64,000 bases of DNA from the human T2T-CHM13v2.0 reference genome, Homo sapiens: assembly GCF_009914755.1 (NCBI RefSeq), contig NC_060933.1; one strand, given 5' to 3'. A program made the translations under genes and the position numbers. Every line of letters begins with the position of its first letter. The stretch's first letter is position 1. Positions 14,985 to 28,600 of this stretch are shown piece after piece. A model generated the notes under the pieces. That model did not search any database and was not told where the DNA came from. It saw only the letters and a program-made list of their open reading frames with translations.

Positions 14985-15990
14985 TTCCATTTTATTCGCG
15001 TTAATTCCATTCCATTCCATTCCATTCCATTCCGTATGATTCCATTCCATTGCATTTCATTCCATTCAATTCCCCAGCACTCGGGTGGATTCCATTCTAT
15101 TCCATTCCATTCCATTCCATTCCATTCCGTTCCATTCCATTCCATTATATTCGGATTGAATCTTTTCAATTCCCTTACACTCCATTACCTTCCATTCCAT
15201 TCGGGTTGTTTCCATTCCATTCTATTCCATTCCACTCCATTCCATTGCAATCGGGTTGATTCCATTCCATTCCATTCCATTCCATTCCGTATGATTCCAT
15301 TCCATTGCATTCCATTCCAGTCCATTCCACTGCACTCGGGTGGATTCCGTTCTATTCCATTCCATTCCATTCCATTCCATTCCATTCCATTCCATTCCAT
15401 TCTATTCGGGTTAATTTCATTCCATTCCATTTTGTTCCATTCCATTCTATTCCGTACCATTCCATTCCATTCCATTCCATTCCATTCCATTCCATTTTAT
15501 TCGCGTTAATTCCATTCCATTCCATTCCATTCCATTCCGTATGATTCCATTCCATTGCATTTCATTCCATTCAATTCCCCAGCACTCGGGTGGATTCCAT
15601 TCTATTCCATTCCATTCCATTCCATTCCATTCCGTTCCATTCCATTCCATTATATTCGGATTGAATCTATTCAATTCCCTTACACTCCATTACCTTCCAT
15701 TCCATTCGGGTTGTTTCCATTCCATTCTATTCCATTCCACTCCATTCCATTGCAATCGGGTTGATTCCATTCCATTCCATTCCATTCCATTCCGTATGAT
15801 TCCATTCCATTGCATTCCATTCCAGTCCATTCCACTGCACTCGGGTGGATTCCGTTCTATTCCATTCCATTCCATTCCATTCCATTCCATTCCATTCCAT
15901 TCTATTCGGGTTAATTTCATTCCATTCCATTTTGTTCCATTCCATTCTATTCCGTACCATTCCATTCCATTCCATTCCATTCCATTCCAT
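14985..15990 (+). repeat. ~505 bp direct tandem duplication
   Basis: TTTATTCGCGTTAATT at 14991 and 15496. ORFs at 15036/15541 and 15050/15555 are near-identical. Only a single copy is present in A2 (~47043). Confidence 0.9.
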
Positions 15991-16191
15991 TCCATTCCAT
16001 TCCATTCTATTCCATGCCATTCCACTCGGGTTAATTCCATTCCTTTCCATTAAATTCGTGTTGAATCCATTCCATTCGATTCCATTTCATTCGATTCCAT
16101 TCCATTGCACTGGGGTCCATTCCATTCCATTCCATTCCATTCCATTCCATTGTACTAGGTTTGATTCCATTCCACTGCATTCCATTCCATT

Positions 16192-19100
16192 CCATTCCAT
16201 TCCGTTCCATTCCATTCCATTACATTCGGATTGGTTGTATTCAATTCCCTTACACTCTATTTCATTCCATTCCATTCGGGTTGTTTCCATTCCATTCCAT
16301 TCCATTCCACTCCATTCCATTGCACTCGGGTTCATTCCATTCCATTCCATTCCATTGCATTCCATTTCGTTCCATTCCATTCTATTCCGTACCATTCCAT
16401 TCCATTCCATTCCATGCCATTCCACTCGGGTTGATTCCATTCCTTTCCATTCCATTTGGGTTGAATCCAATCCATTCCATTCCATTCCATTCCATTCCAT
16501 TCCATTCCATTCCATTCCATTCTATTCCATTGCACACGGGTTGATTCCATTGTATTCCATTCCGTTCCATTCGGGATGACTCCATTCCATTGCCTTCCAT
16601 TCCATTCCATTCCCCTGCACTCGGGTTGATTCCATTCCATTCCATGCCATTCCATTCCATTCCATTCCATTCTATTCCATTCCATTGAAGTCCTTTCCAT
16701 TCCATTCCACTCGTGTTGATTCCATTTTATTAGTTTCCATTCCATTCCATTCCCTTCCATTCCACTCTGGTTGATTCCATTCCTTTCCATTCCACTCGAA
16801 TTCATTCCCTTCTATTCCATTCGGAATGATTCCATTGCATTCCGTTCAATTCCATTCCATTCCATTCCATTTCGTTCCATTGCATTCTATTCCGTACCAT
16901 TCCATTCCATTCCATTCCATGCCATTCCATTCCATTCCATTCCATTCCATTGCACTAGGTTTGATTTCATTCCACTGCATTCCATTCCATTCCATTCCAT
17001 TCCATTCCATTCCATTCCATTCCGTTCCATTCAATTCCATTACATTCGGATTGATTGTATTCAATTCCCTTACACTCCATTACATTACATTCCATTCGGG
17101 TTATTTCCATTCCATTCCATTCCATTCCATTCCATTCCATTGCACTCGGGTTGATTCCATTCCATTCAATTCCATTCCATTCCATTTCGTTCCATTCCAG
17201 TCTATTCCGTACCATTCCATTCCATTCCATTCCAGTCCATTCCATTCCTTTCCGTATGATTCCATTCCATTGCATTCCATTCCATTCCATTCCCTTGCAC
17301 TCGGGTGGATTCCATTCTATTCCATTCCATTCCATTCCATTCCATTCCATTCCATTCCATTCCATTCCATTCTATTCGGGTTAATTTGATTCCATTCCAT
17401 TCCATTGCATTCCATTCCATTCCATTCCACTGCACTCGGATTGATTCCATTCCATTCCATTCCATTCCATTCCATTCCATTCCATTCCATTTCATTTCGT
17501 TCCATTCCATTCTATTCCATTCCAATCCATTCCATTCCTTTCCATTTCATTTCGTTCCATTCCATTCTCTTCCGGACCATTCCATTCCATTCCATTACAT
17601 GCCATTCCACTCCGGTTGATTCCATTCCTTTCCATTCCATTCGACTTGAATCCATTCCATTCCATTCCATTCCATTCCTTTCCATTGCACACGTGTTCAT
17701 TCCATTCCATTCCATTCCATTCCATTCCATTTCGTTCCATTCCATTCTCTTCCGTACCATTCCATTCCATTCCATTCCATTCCATTCCACTCCATTCCAT
17801 GCCATTCCGCTCGGGTTTATTCCATTCCTTTCCATTCCATTCGGGTTGAATCCATTCCATTCCATTCCATTCCATTCAATTCCATTACATTGCACTCGGG
17901 TTGATTCCATTCCATTCCATTCCATTCCATTCCATTCCATTCCATTTCGTTTCATTCCATTCTCTTCCGTACCATTCCATTCCATTCCATTCCATTCCAC
18001 TCCATTCCATGCCATTCCACTCGGGTTTATTCCATTCCTTTCCATTCCATTCGGGTTGAATCCTTTCCATTCCGTTCAATTCCATTCAATTCCATTACAT
18101 TGCACTTGAGTTGATTCCATTCCATTCCATTCCATTCCATTTCATTACATTGCATTCCATTCCATTCCATTCCATGCTATTGCACTCGGGTTGATTCCAT
18201 TCCTTTCCATTCCATTCGAGTTGAACCCATTCCATTCCATTCCATTCCATTCCATTGCACACGGGTTCATTCTATTCCATTCCATTCCATTCCATTCCGT
18301 TTCGTTCCATTCCATTCTATTCCGTACCATTCCTTTCCATTCCATTCCCTTCCATGCCATTTCACTCGGGTTTATTCCATTCCTTTCCATTCCATTCGGG
18401 TTGAATCCATTCCATTCCATTCCATTCCATTCCATTCCATTCCATTCCATTGCACTCGGGTTGATTCCATTCCATTCCATGCCATTCCATTTCATTCCAT
18501 TCCATTCCGTTCCATTCCATTCTATTCAATTCAATTCAATTCCGTTCCATTCCATTCCATTCCATTCCATTGCATTCCGGATGATTCCATTCCATTCCAT
18601 TCCATTCCATTCCATTCCCCTGCACGCGGGTTGATCCCATTCCATTGCATTCCATTCCATTCCATTCCATTCCATTGCATTCCATTTCGTTCCATTCCAT
18701 TCCATTCCATTCCATTCTGTTCAGGTTAATTCCATTCCATTCCATTCCCTTCCATTCCATTCCATTCCATTCCATTCCATTGCAATCGAGTTGATTCCAT
18801 TGCATTCCATTCCATTCCATTCCATTCCATTCTGTTCAGGTTAATTCCATTCCATTCCATTCCCTTCCATTCCATTACATTCCATTCCATTCCATTCCCC
18901 TGCACGCGGGTTGATCCCATTCCATTGCATTCCATTCCATTCCATTCCATTCCATTGCATTCCATTTCGTTCCATTCCATTCCATTCCATTCCATTCTGT
19001 TCAGGTTAATTCCATTCCATTCCATTCCCTTCCATTCCATTCCATTCCATTCCATTCCATTCCATTGCAATCGAGTTGATTCCATTGCATTCCATTCCAT

Positions 19101-22100
19101 TCCATTGCATTGCATTCCATTCCATTCCATTCCCCTGTACTCAGAATGATTCCATTCCATTCCATTCCTTTCCATTCCGTTCCATTCCATTTCATTCCAT
19201 TCCATTCCATTCCATTCCGTATGATTCCATTCCATTGCATTCCATTCCATTCAATTCCCCTGCACTCGCGTTGATTCCATTCCATTCCATTCCATTCCAA
19301 TCCATTCCATTCCATTGCATTCCATTTCGTTCCATTCCATTCCATTCCTTTCCATTCCGTTCCATTCCATTCCATTCCATTCCATTCCATTCCATTCCGT
19401 ATGATTCCATTCCATTGCATTCCATTCCATTCAATTCCCCTGCACTCGGGTGGATTCCATTCTATTCCATTCCATTCCATTCCATTCCATTCCATTCCAT
19501 TCCATTCCGTTCCATTCCATTCCATTACATTCGGATTGAATCTATTCAATTCCCTTACACTCCATTACCTTCCATTCCATTCGGGTTGTTTCCTTTCCAT
19601 TCCATTCCATTCCACTCCATTCCATTGCAATCCGGTTGATTCTATTCCATTCCATTCCATTCCATTCCGTATGATTCCATTCCATTGCATTCCATTCCAG
19701 TCCGTTCCACTGCACTCGGGTGGATTCCATTCTATTCCATTCCATTCCATTCCATTCCCTTCCTTTCCGTTCCATTCCATTCCATTCCATTGAAGTCCTT
19801 TCCATTCCATTCCACTCGTGTTGATTCCATTTTATTAGTTTCCATTCCATTCCATTCCCTTCCATTCCACTCTGGTTGATTCCATTCCTTTCCATTCCAC
19901 TCGAATTCATTCCCTTCTATTCCTTTCGGAATGATTCCATTGCATTCCGTTCCATTCCATTCCATTCCATTCCTTTTCGTTCCATTGCATTCTATTCCGT
20001 ACCATTCCATTCCATTCCATTCCATGCCATTCCACTCCGGTTGATTCCATTGTTTTCCATTCCATTTGGGTTGAATCCATTCCATTCCATTCCATCCCAT
20101 TCCATTCCATTGCACTAGGTTTGATTTCATTCCACTGCATTCCATTCCATTCCATTCCATTGCATTCCATTCCGTTCCATTCAATTCCATTACATTCGGA
20201 TTGATTGTATTCAATTCCCTTACACTCCATTACATTCCATTCCATTCGGGTTATTTCCATTCCATTCCATTCCATTCCATTGCACTCGGGTTGATTCCAT
20301 TCCATTCAATTCCATTCCATTCCATTTCGTTCCATTCCAGTCTATTCCGTACCATTCCATTCCATTCCATTCCAGTCCATTCCATTCCTTTCCGTATGAT
20401 TCCATTCCATTTCATTCCATTCCATTCCCTTGCACTCGGGTGGATTCCATTCTATTCCATTCCATTCCATTCCATTCCATTCCATTCCATTCCATTCCAT
20501 TCCATTCTATTCGGGTTAATTTGATTCCATTCCATTCCATTCCGTTCCATTCCATTCCATTCCATTCAGATTGATTCTATTCAATTCCCTTACACTCCAT
20601 TACATTACATTCCATTCGTGTTGTTTCCATTCCATTCCATTGCAATCCATTCCATTACATTCCATTCTATTCGGGTTAATTCCATTCCATTCCATTCCCT
20701 TCCATTCCATTCCATTGCATTCCATTCCATTCTATTCGGGTTAATTCCTTTCCATTCCATTCGATTGCATTCCATTCCATTCCATTCCGTATGATTCCAT
20801 TCCATTGCATTCCATTCCATTCCATTCCCCTGCACTCGTGTGGATTCCATTCTATTCCATTCCATTCCATTCCCTTACATTCCATTCCATTCCATTCCAT
20901 TCCATTCCATTCCATTCCATTCTATTCGGGTTAATTTGATTCCATTCCATTCCATTCCATTCCGTTCCATTCCATTCCATTCCATTCGGATTGATTCTAT
21001 TCAATTCCCTTACACTCAATTACATTCCATTCCATTCGTCTTGTTTCCATTCCATTCCATTCCATTCCATTACATTACATTACATTCTATTCGGGTTAAT
21101 TCCATTCAATTCCATTCCCTTCCATTCCATTCCATTGCATTCCATTCCATTCCATTCCATTATATTCCGGTTAATTCCATTCCATTGCATTCCATTCCAT
21201 TCCATTCCATTCCATTCCATTCCATTCCATTCCATTCCATTCCATTTCAATCGTGTTGATTCGATTGCATTCCATTCCATTCCATTCCATTCCATTCCAT
21301 TCCATTCCATTCCATTCCATTCCAGATGATTCCATTCCATTGCCTTCCATTCCATTCCATTCCCCTGCACTCGGTTGAATTCCATTCTATTCCATTCCAT
21401 TCCATTCCTTTCCATTGAAATCGAGTTGATTCCATTCCATTTCATTCCATTCCATACCATTCCATTCCATTCCGTTCCATTCCGGATGATTCCATTCCAG
21501 TGCATACCATTCCATTAAATTTCCCTGCACTCAGCTTTATTCCATTCCATTCCATTCCATTCCATTCCATTCTATTCCATACCATTCCATTCCATTCCAT
21601 TCCATTCCATTCCATTCCATTCCATGGCATTCCACTCGGGTTGATTCCATTCCCTTCCATTCCATTCGAGTTGAATCCATTCCATTCCATTCCATTCCAT
21701 TCCATTCCATTGCACACGGGTTCATTCCATTCCATTCCATTCCATTCCATTCCATTCCATTCCGTTCCATTCCATTTCGTTCCCTTCCATTCTATTCCAT
21801 ACCATTCCATTCCATTCCATTCCATTCCATTCCATTCCGTTCCATTCCATTTCGTTCCCTTCCATTCGATTCCATACCATTCCATTCCATTCCATTCCAC
21901 TCCATTCCATGCCAATCCACTCGGGTTTATTCCATTCTATTCCATTCCATTCGGGTTGAATCCATTCCATTCCATTCCATTCCATTCAATTCCATTACAT
22001 TGCCCTCGGGTTGATTCCATTCCATTCCATTCCATTCCATTTCATTCCATTCCATTCCATTCCATTCCATTCCATTCCATTCCATTCCATTCCATTCCAT

Positions 22101-25100
22101 GCCATTCCACTCGGGTTGATCCCATTCCTTTGCATTCCATTCGACTTGAACCCATTCCATTCCATTCCATTCCATTCCAATCCATTGCACACGGGTCCAT
22201 TCCATTCCATTCCATTCCATTCCATTCCATTTCTTTCCATTCCATTCTATTCCGTACCATTCCATTCCATTCCATTCCATTCCATTCCATTCCATTCCAT
22301 GCCATTCCACTCGGGTTTATTCAATTCCTTTCCAATCTATTTGGGTTGAATCCATTCCTTTCCATTCCATTCCATTCAATTCCATTCCATTGCACTCGGG
22401 TTGATTCCATTCCATTCCATGGCATTCCATTTCATTCCATTCCATTCCATTCCATTCCATTCCATTCCATTCCATTCCATTCCATTCCTTTCCATTCCAT
22501 TGCAATCGAGTTGATTCCATTACATTCCATTCCATTCCATTCCATTCGATTCCATTCCATTCCACTCTGGTTGATTCCATTCCTTTTCATTGCACTCGAA
22601 TACATTCCCTTCTATTCCACTCGGAATGATTCCATTCCATTCCATTAAATTCCATTCCATTCCATTCCATTCCATTCCGTTTTGTTCCATTACATTCTAT
22701 TCTGTACCATTCCACTCTATTCCATTCCATTCCATTCCATGCCATTCCTCTCGCGTTGATTCAATTCCATTCCATTGCACACGGGTTGATGCCATTCCAT
22801 TCCATTCCGTTCCATTCCGGATGACTCCATTCCATTGCATTCCATTCCATTCCATTCCTCTGCACTCGGTTTCATTACATTCCATTCCATTCACTTCCAT
22901 TCCATTCCATTCCATTTCAATCGAGTTGATTGCATTCAATTCCATTCCATTCCATTCCATTCCGGATGATTCCATTCCATTGCCTTCCATTCCATTCCAT
23001 TCCCCTGCACTCGGGTTGATTCCATTCCATTCCATTCCATTCCATTCCATTCCATTGCATTCCATTCCATTCCGTTACATTCCATTCTATTCCGTACCAT
23101 TCCATTCCATTCCATTCCACTCCATTCCATGCCATTCCACTCGGGTTGATTCCATTCCTTTCCATTCCATTCGAGTTGAATCCATTCCATTCCATTCCAT
23201 TCCATTCCATTCCATTCCATTCCATTGCACACGGGTTCATTCCATTCCATTCCATTCCATTCCATTCCATTCCATTCCATTTCGTTCCATTCCATTCTAT
23301 TCTATACCATTCCATTCCATTCCATTCCATTCCATTGCATTCCATTCCATTTCGTTCCATTCCATTCTATTCCGTACCATTCCATTCCATTCCATTCCAC
23401 TCAATTCCATGCCATTCCACTCTGGTTGATTCCATTCCTTTCGATTCCATTCGAGTTGAACCCATTCCATTCCATTCCATTCCATTCCATTCCATTCCAT
23501 TCCAATTCATTGCACACGGGTTCATTCCATTCCATTCCATTCCATTCAATTCCATTTCGTTCTATTCCATTCTATCCCGTACCATTACATTCCATTCCAT
23601 TGCATTCCATTCCATTCCATTCCACTGCACTCGGGTGGATTCCATTCTATTCCATTCCATTCAATTCCATTCCATTCAATTCCATTCCATTCCATTCCAT
23701 TCCATTCCATTCCATTCCATTCCATTCTATTCGGGTTAATTTCATTCCATTCCATTTTGTTCCATTCCATTCTATTACTTACCATTCCATTCCATTCCAT
23801 TCCATTCCATTCCATTCCATGCCATTCCACTCGGGTTAATTCCATTCCTTTCCATTAAATTCGTGTTGAATCCATTCCATTCGATTCCACTTCATTCGAT
23901 TCCATTCCATTGCACTCGGGTCCATTCCATTCCATTCCATTCCATTCCATTCCATTCCATTGTACTAGGTTTGATTCCATTCCACTGCATTCCATTACAT
24001 TCCATTCCATTCCATTCCGTTCCATTCCATTCCATTACATTCGGATTGGTTGTATTCAATTCCCTTACACTCCATTACATTCCATTCCATTCGGGTTGTT
24101 TCCATTCCATTCCATTCCATTCCACTCCATTCCTTTGCACTCGGGTTCATTCCATTCCATTCCATTCCATTGCATTCCATTTCGTTCCATTCCATTCTAT
24201 TCCGTACCATTCCATTCCATTCCATTCCATGCCATTCCACTCGGGTTGATTCCATTCCTTTCCATTCCATTCGGGTTGAATCCAATCCATTCCATTCCAT
24301 TCCATTCCGTTCCATTGGAATCGGGTTGATTCCATTCCATTCCATTCCGTTCCATTCCGGATGACTCCATTCCATTGCCTTCCATTCCATTCCATTCCCC
24401 TGCAATCGGGTTGATTCCATTCCATTCCATGTCATTCCATTCCATTCCATTCCATTCCATTCCATTCCATTCCATTGAAGTCCTTTCCATTCCATTCCAT
24501 TCCATTCCATTCCATGCCATTCCACTCTGGTTTATTGAATTCCTTTCCATTCCATTCGGGTTGAATCCATTCCTTTCCATTCCATTCCGTTCAATTCCAT
24601 TCCACTGCACTCGTGTTGACTCCATTCCATTCCATGCCATTCCATTTCATTGCGTTCCATTCCATTCCATTACATTCGGATTGATTCTTTTCAATTCCCT
24701 TACACTCCATTACATTCCATTCCATTTGGGTAGTTTCCATTCCATTCCATTCCATTACACTCCATTGCATTGCACTCGGGATGATTGAATCCATTCCATT
24801 GCATTCCATTCCATTCCATTCCATTCCATTCCATTCCGGATGATTCCATTCCATTGCATTCCATTCCATTCCATTCCCCTGCACTCGGGTTGATTCCATT
24901 CCATTCCATTCCTTTCCATTCCGTTCCATTCCATTCCATTCCATTCCATTCCATGCTGTTCAGGTTAATTGCATTCCAATCCATTCCCTTCCATTCCATT
25001 CCATTCCATTCCATTCCATTCCATTCCATTGCAATCGAGTTGATTCCATTGCATTCCATTCCATTCCTTTCCATTGCATTCCATTGCATTCCATTCCCCT

Positions 25101-25600
25101 GCACTCAGGTTGATTCCATTCCATTCCATTCCATTCCATTCCATTCCATTCCATTCCATTCCCGTTAATTCCATTCCATTACATTACATTACATTCCATT
25201 GCAATCGAGTTGATTCCATTCCATTCCATTCCATTCCATTCCATTCCATTCCATTCAAGTCCTTTCCATTCCATTCCACTCGTGTTGATTCCATTTTATT
25301 AGTTTCCATTCTATTCCATTCCCTTCCATTCCACTCTGGTTGATTCCATTCCTTTCCATTCCACTCGAATTCATTCCCTTCTATTCCACTCGGAATGAAT
25401 CCGTTCCATTCCGTTCCATTTCATTCCATTCCATTCCATTTCGTTTCTTTGCATTCTATTCCGTACCATTCCATTCCATTCCATTCCATGCCATTCCACT
25501 CGGGTTGATTCCATTGCTTTCCATTCCATTTGGGTTGAATCCATTCCATTCCATTCCATTCCATTCCATTCCATTCCATTCCATTCCGGATGATTCCATT
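16192..25600 (+). repeat. Higher-order block B, copy 2 (sister of copy 1)
   Basis: Matches 1-9460 with only a few substitutions and pentamer-number changes seen by eye. It continues into block C rather than A. Confidence 0.92.
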
Positions 25601-28600
25601 CCATTGCATTCCATTCCATTCCATTCCATTCCCCTGCACCCGGGTTGATTCCATTCCATTCCGTTCCATTCCATTCCATTTCATTCCATTCCATTCTATT
25701 CCATACCATTCCATTCCATTCCATTCCATTCCACTCCATTCCATGCCATTCCACTCGGGTTTATTCCATTCCTTTCCATTCCATTCGGGTTGAATCCATT
25801 CCATTCCATTCCATTCCATTCCATTCCATTCCATTCCATTCCATGCCATTCCACTCGGGTTGATTCCATTCCTTTCCATTCCATTCGAGTTGAACCCATT
25901 CCATTCCATTCCATTCCATTCCATTCCATTCCATTCCAATCCATTGCACACGGGTTCATTCCATTCCATTCCATTCCATTCCATTCCATTTCGTTCCATT
26001 CCATTCTATTCCGTACCATTCCATTCCATTCCATTCCATTCCATTCCATTCCATTCCATTCCATGCCATTCCACTCGGGTTTATTCTATTCCTTTCCATT
26101 CCATTCGGGTTGAATCCATTCCTTTCCATTCCATTCCGTTCAATTCCATTCCATTGCACTCGTGTTGACTCCATTCCATTCCATGCCATTCCATTTCATT
26201 CCGTTCCATTCCATTCCATTACATTCGGATTGATTCTTTTCAATTCCCTTACACTCCATTACATTCCATTCCATTCGGGTTGTTTCCATTCCATTCCATT
26301 CCATTACACTCCATTGCATTGCACTCGGGATGATTGAATCCATTCCATTGCATTCCATTCCATTCCCTTCCATTCCGGATGATTCCATTCCATTGCATTC
26401 CATTCCATTCCCCTGCACTCGGGTTGATTCCATTCCATTCCATTCCATTCCATTCCGTTCCATTCCATTCCATTCCATTCCATTCTATGCTGTTCAGGTT
26501 AATTGCATTCCACTCCATTCCCTTCCATTCCATTCCATTCCATTCCATTCCATTGCAATCGAGTTGATTCCATTGCATTCCATTCCATTCCATTCCATTG
26601 CATTCCATTGCATTCCATTCCCCTGCACTCAGGTTGATTCCATTCCATTCCATTCCATTCCATTCCATTCCATTCTATTTGCGTTAATTCCATTCCATTC
26701 CATTCCATTACCTTCTATTGCAATCGAGTTGATTCCATTCCATTCCGTTCCATTCCATTCCATTCCATTCAAGTCCTTTCCATTCCATTCCACTCGTGTT
26801 GATTCCATTTTATTAGTTTCCATTCCATTCCATTCCCTTCCATTCCACTCTGGTTGATTCCATTCCTTTCCATTCCACTCGAATTCATTCCCTTCTATTC
26901 CACTCGGAATGAATCCGTTCCATTCCGTTCCATTTCATTCCATTCCATTCCATTTCGTTTCTTTGCATTCTATTCCGTACCATTCCATTCCATTCCATGC
27001 CATGCCATTCCACTCGGGTTGATTCCATTGCTTTCCATTCCATTTGGGTTGAATCCATTCCATTCCATTCCATTCCATTCCATTCCATTCCGGATGATTC
27101 CATTCCATTGCATTCCATTCCATTCCATTCCATTCCCCTGCACCCGGGTTGATTCCATTCCATTCCGTTCCATTCCATTCCATTCCATTCCATTTCGTTC
27201 CATTCCATTCTATTCCATACCATTCCATTCCATTCCATTCCATTCCACTCCATTCCATGCCATTCCACTCGGGTTTATTCCATTCCTTTCCATTCCATTC
27301 GGGTTGAATCCATTCCATTCCATTCCATTCCATTCCATTCCATTCCATTCCATTCCATTCCATTCCATGCCATTCCACTCGGGTTGATTCCATTCCTTTC
27401 GATTCCATTCGAGTTGAACCCATTCCATTCCATTCCATTCCATTCCATTCCAATCCATTGCACACGGGTTCATTCCATTCCATTCCATTCCATTCCATTC
27501 CATTTCGTTCCATTCCATTCTATTCCGTACCATTCCATTCCATTCCATTCCATTCCATTCCATTCCATTCCATTCCATTCCATGCCATGCCATTCCACTC
27601 GGGTTCATTCTATTCCTTTCCATTCCATTCGGGTTGATTCCATTCCTTTCCATTCCATTCCGTTCAATTCCATTCCATTTCACTCGTGTTGACTCCATTC
27701 CATTCCATGCCATTCCATTTCATTCCGTTCCATTCCATTCCATTACATTCGGATTGATTCTTTTCAATTCCCTTACACTCCATTACATTCCATTCCATTC
27801 GGGTTGTTTCCATTCCATTCCATTCCATTACACTCCATTGAATTGCACTCGGGATGATTGAATCCATTCCATTGCATTCCATTCCATTCCCTTCCATTCC
27901 GGATGATTCCATTCCATTGCATTCCATTCCATTCCATTCCCCTGCACTCGGGTTGATTCCATTCCATTCCATTCCATTCCATTCCGTTCCATTCCATTCC
28001 ATTCCATTCCATTCCATGCTGTTCAGGTTAATTGCATTCCATTCCATTCCCTTCCATTCCATTCCATTCCATTCCATTCCATTCCATTGCAATCGAGTTG
28101 ATTCCATTGCATTCCATTCCATTCCATTCCATTGCATTCCATTGCATTCCATTCCCCTGCACTCAGGTTGATTCCATTCCATTCCATTCCATTCAATTCC
28201 ATTCCATTCCATTCCATTCTATTCGCGTTAATTCCATTCCATTCCATTCCATTACATTCCATTGCAATCGAGTTGATTCCATTCCATTCCATTCCATTCC
28301 ATTCCATTCCATTCAAGTCGTTTCCATTCCATTCCACTCGTGTTGATTCTATTTTATTAGTTTCCATTCCATTCCATTCCCTTCCATTCCACTCTGGTTG
28401 ATTCCATTCCTTTCCATTCCACTCGAATTCATTCCCTTCTATTCCACTCGGAATGATTCCTTTCCATTCCGTTCCATTTCATTCCATTCCATTCCATTTC
28501 GTTCCATTGCATTCTATTCCGTACCATTCCATTCCATTCCATTCCATGCCATTCCACTCGGGTTGATTCCATTGCTTTCCATTCCATTTGGGTTGAATCC

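Larger units (their letters stand above)
9460..16191 (+). repeat. Higher-order block A, copy 1
   Basis: Colinear with ~41650-47740. Rare words: CATAGCAATCGAG (9496/41704), GTTAATAAC (9848/41881), GGAGACTCC (11261/43299), GGGAAGTTTCC (11464/43502), TTATATTAGGG (13101/45184). ORF offsets are about 32033-32083. Confidence 0.88.
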
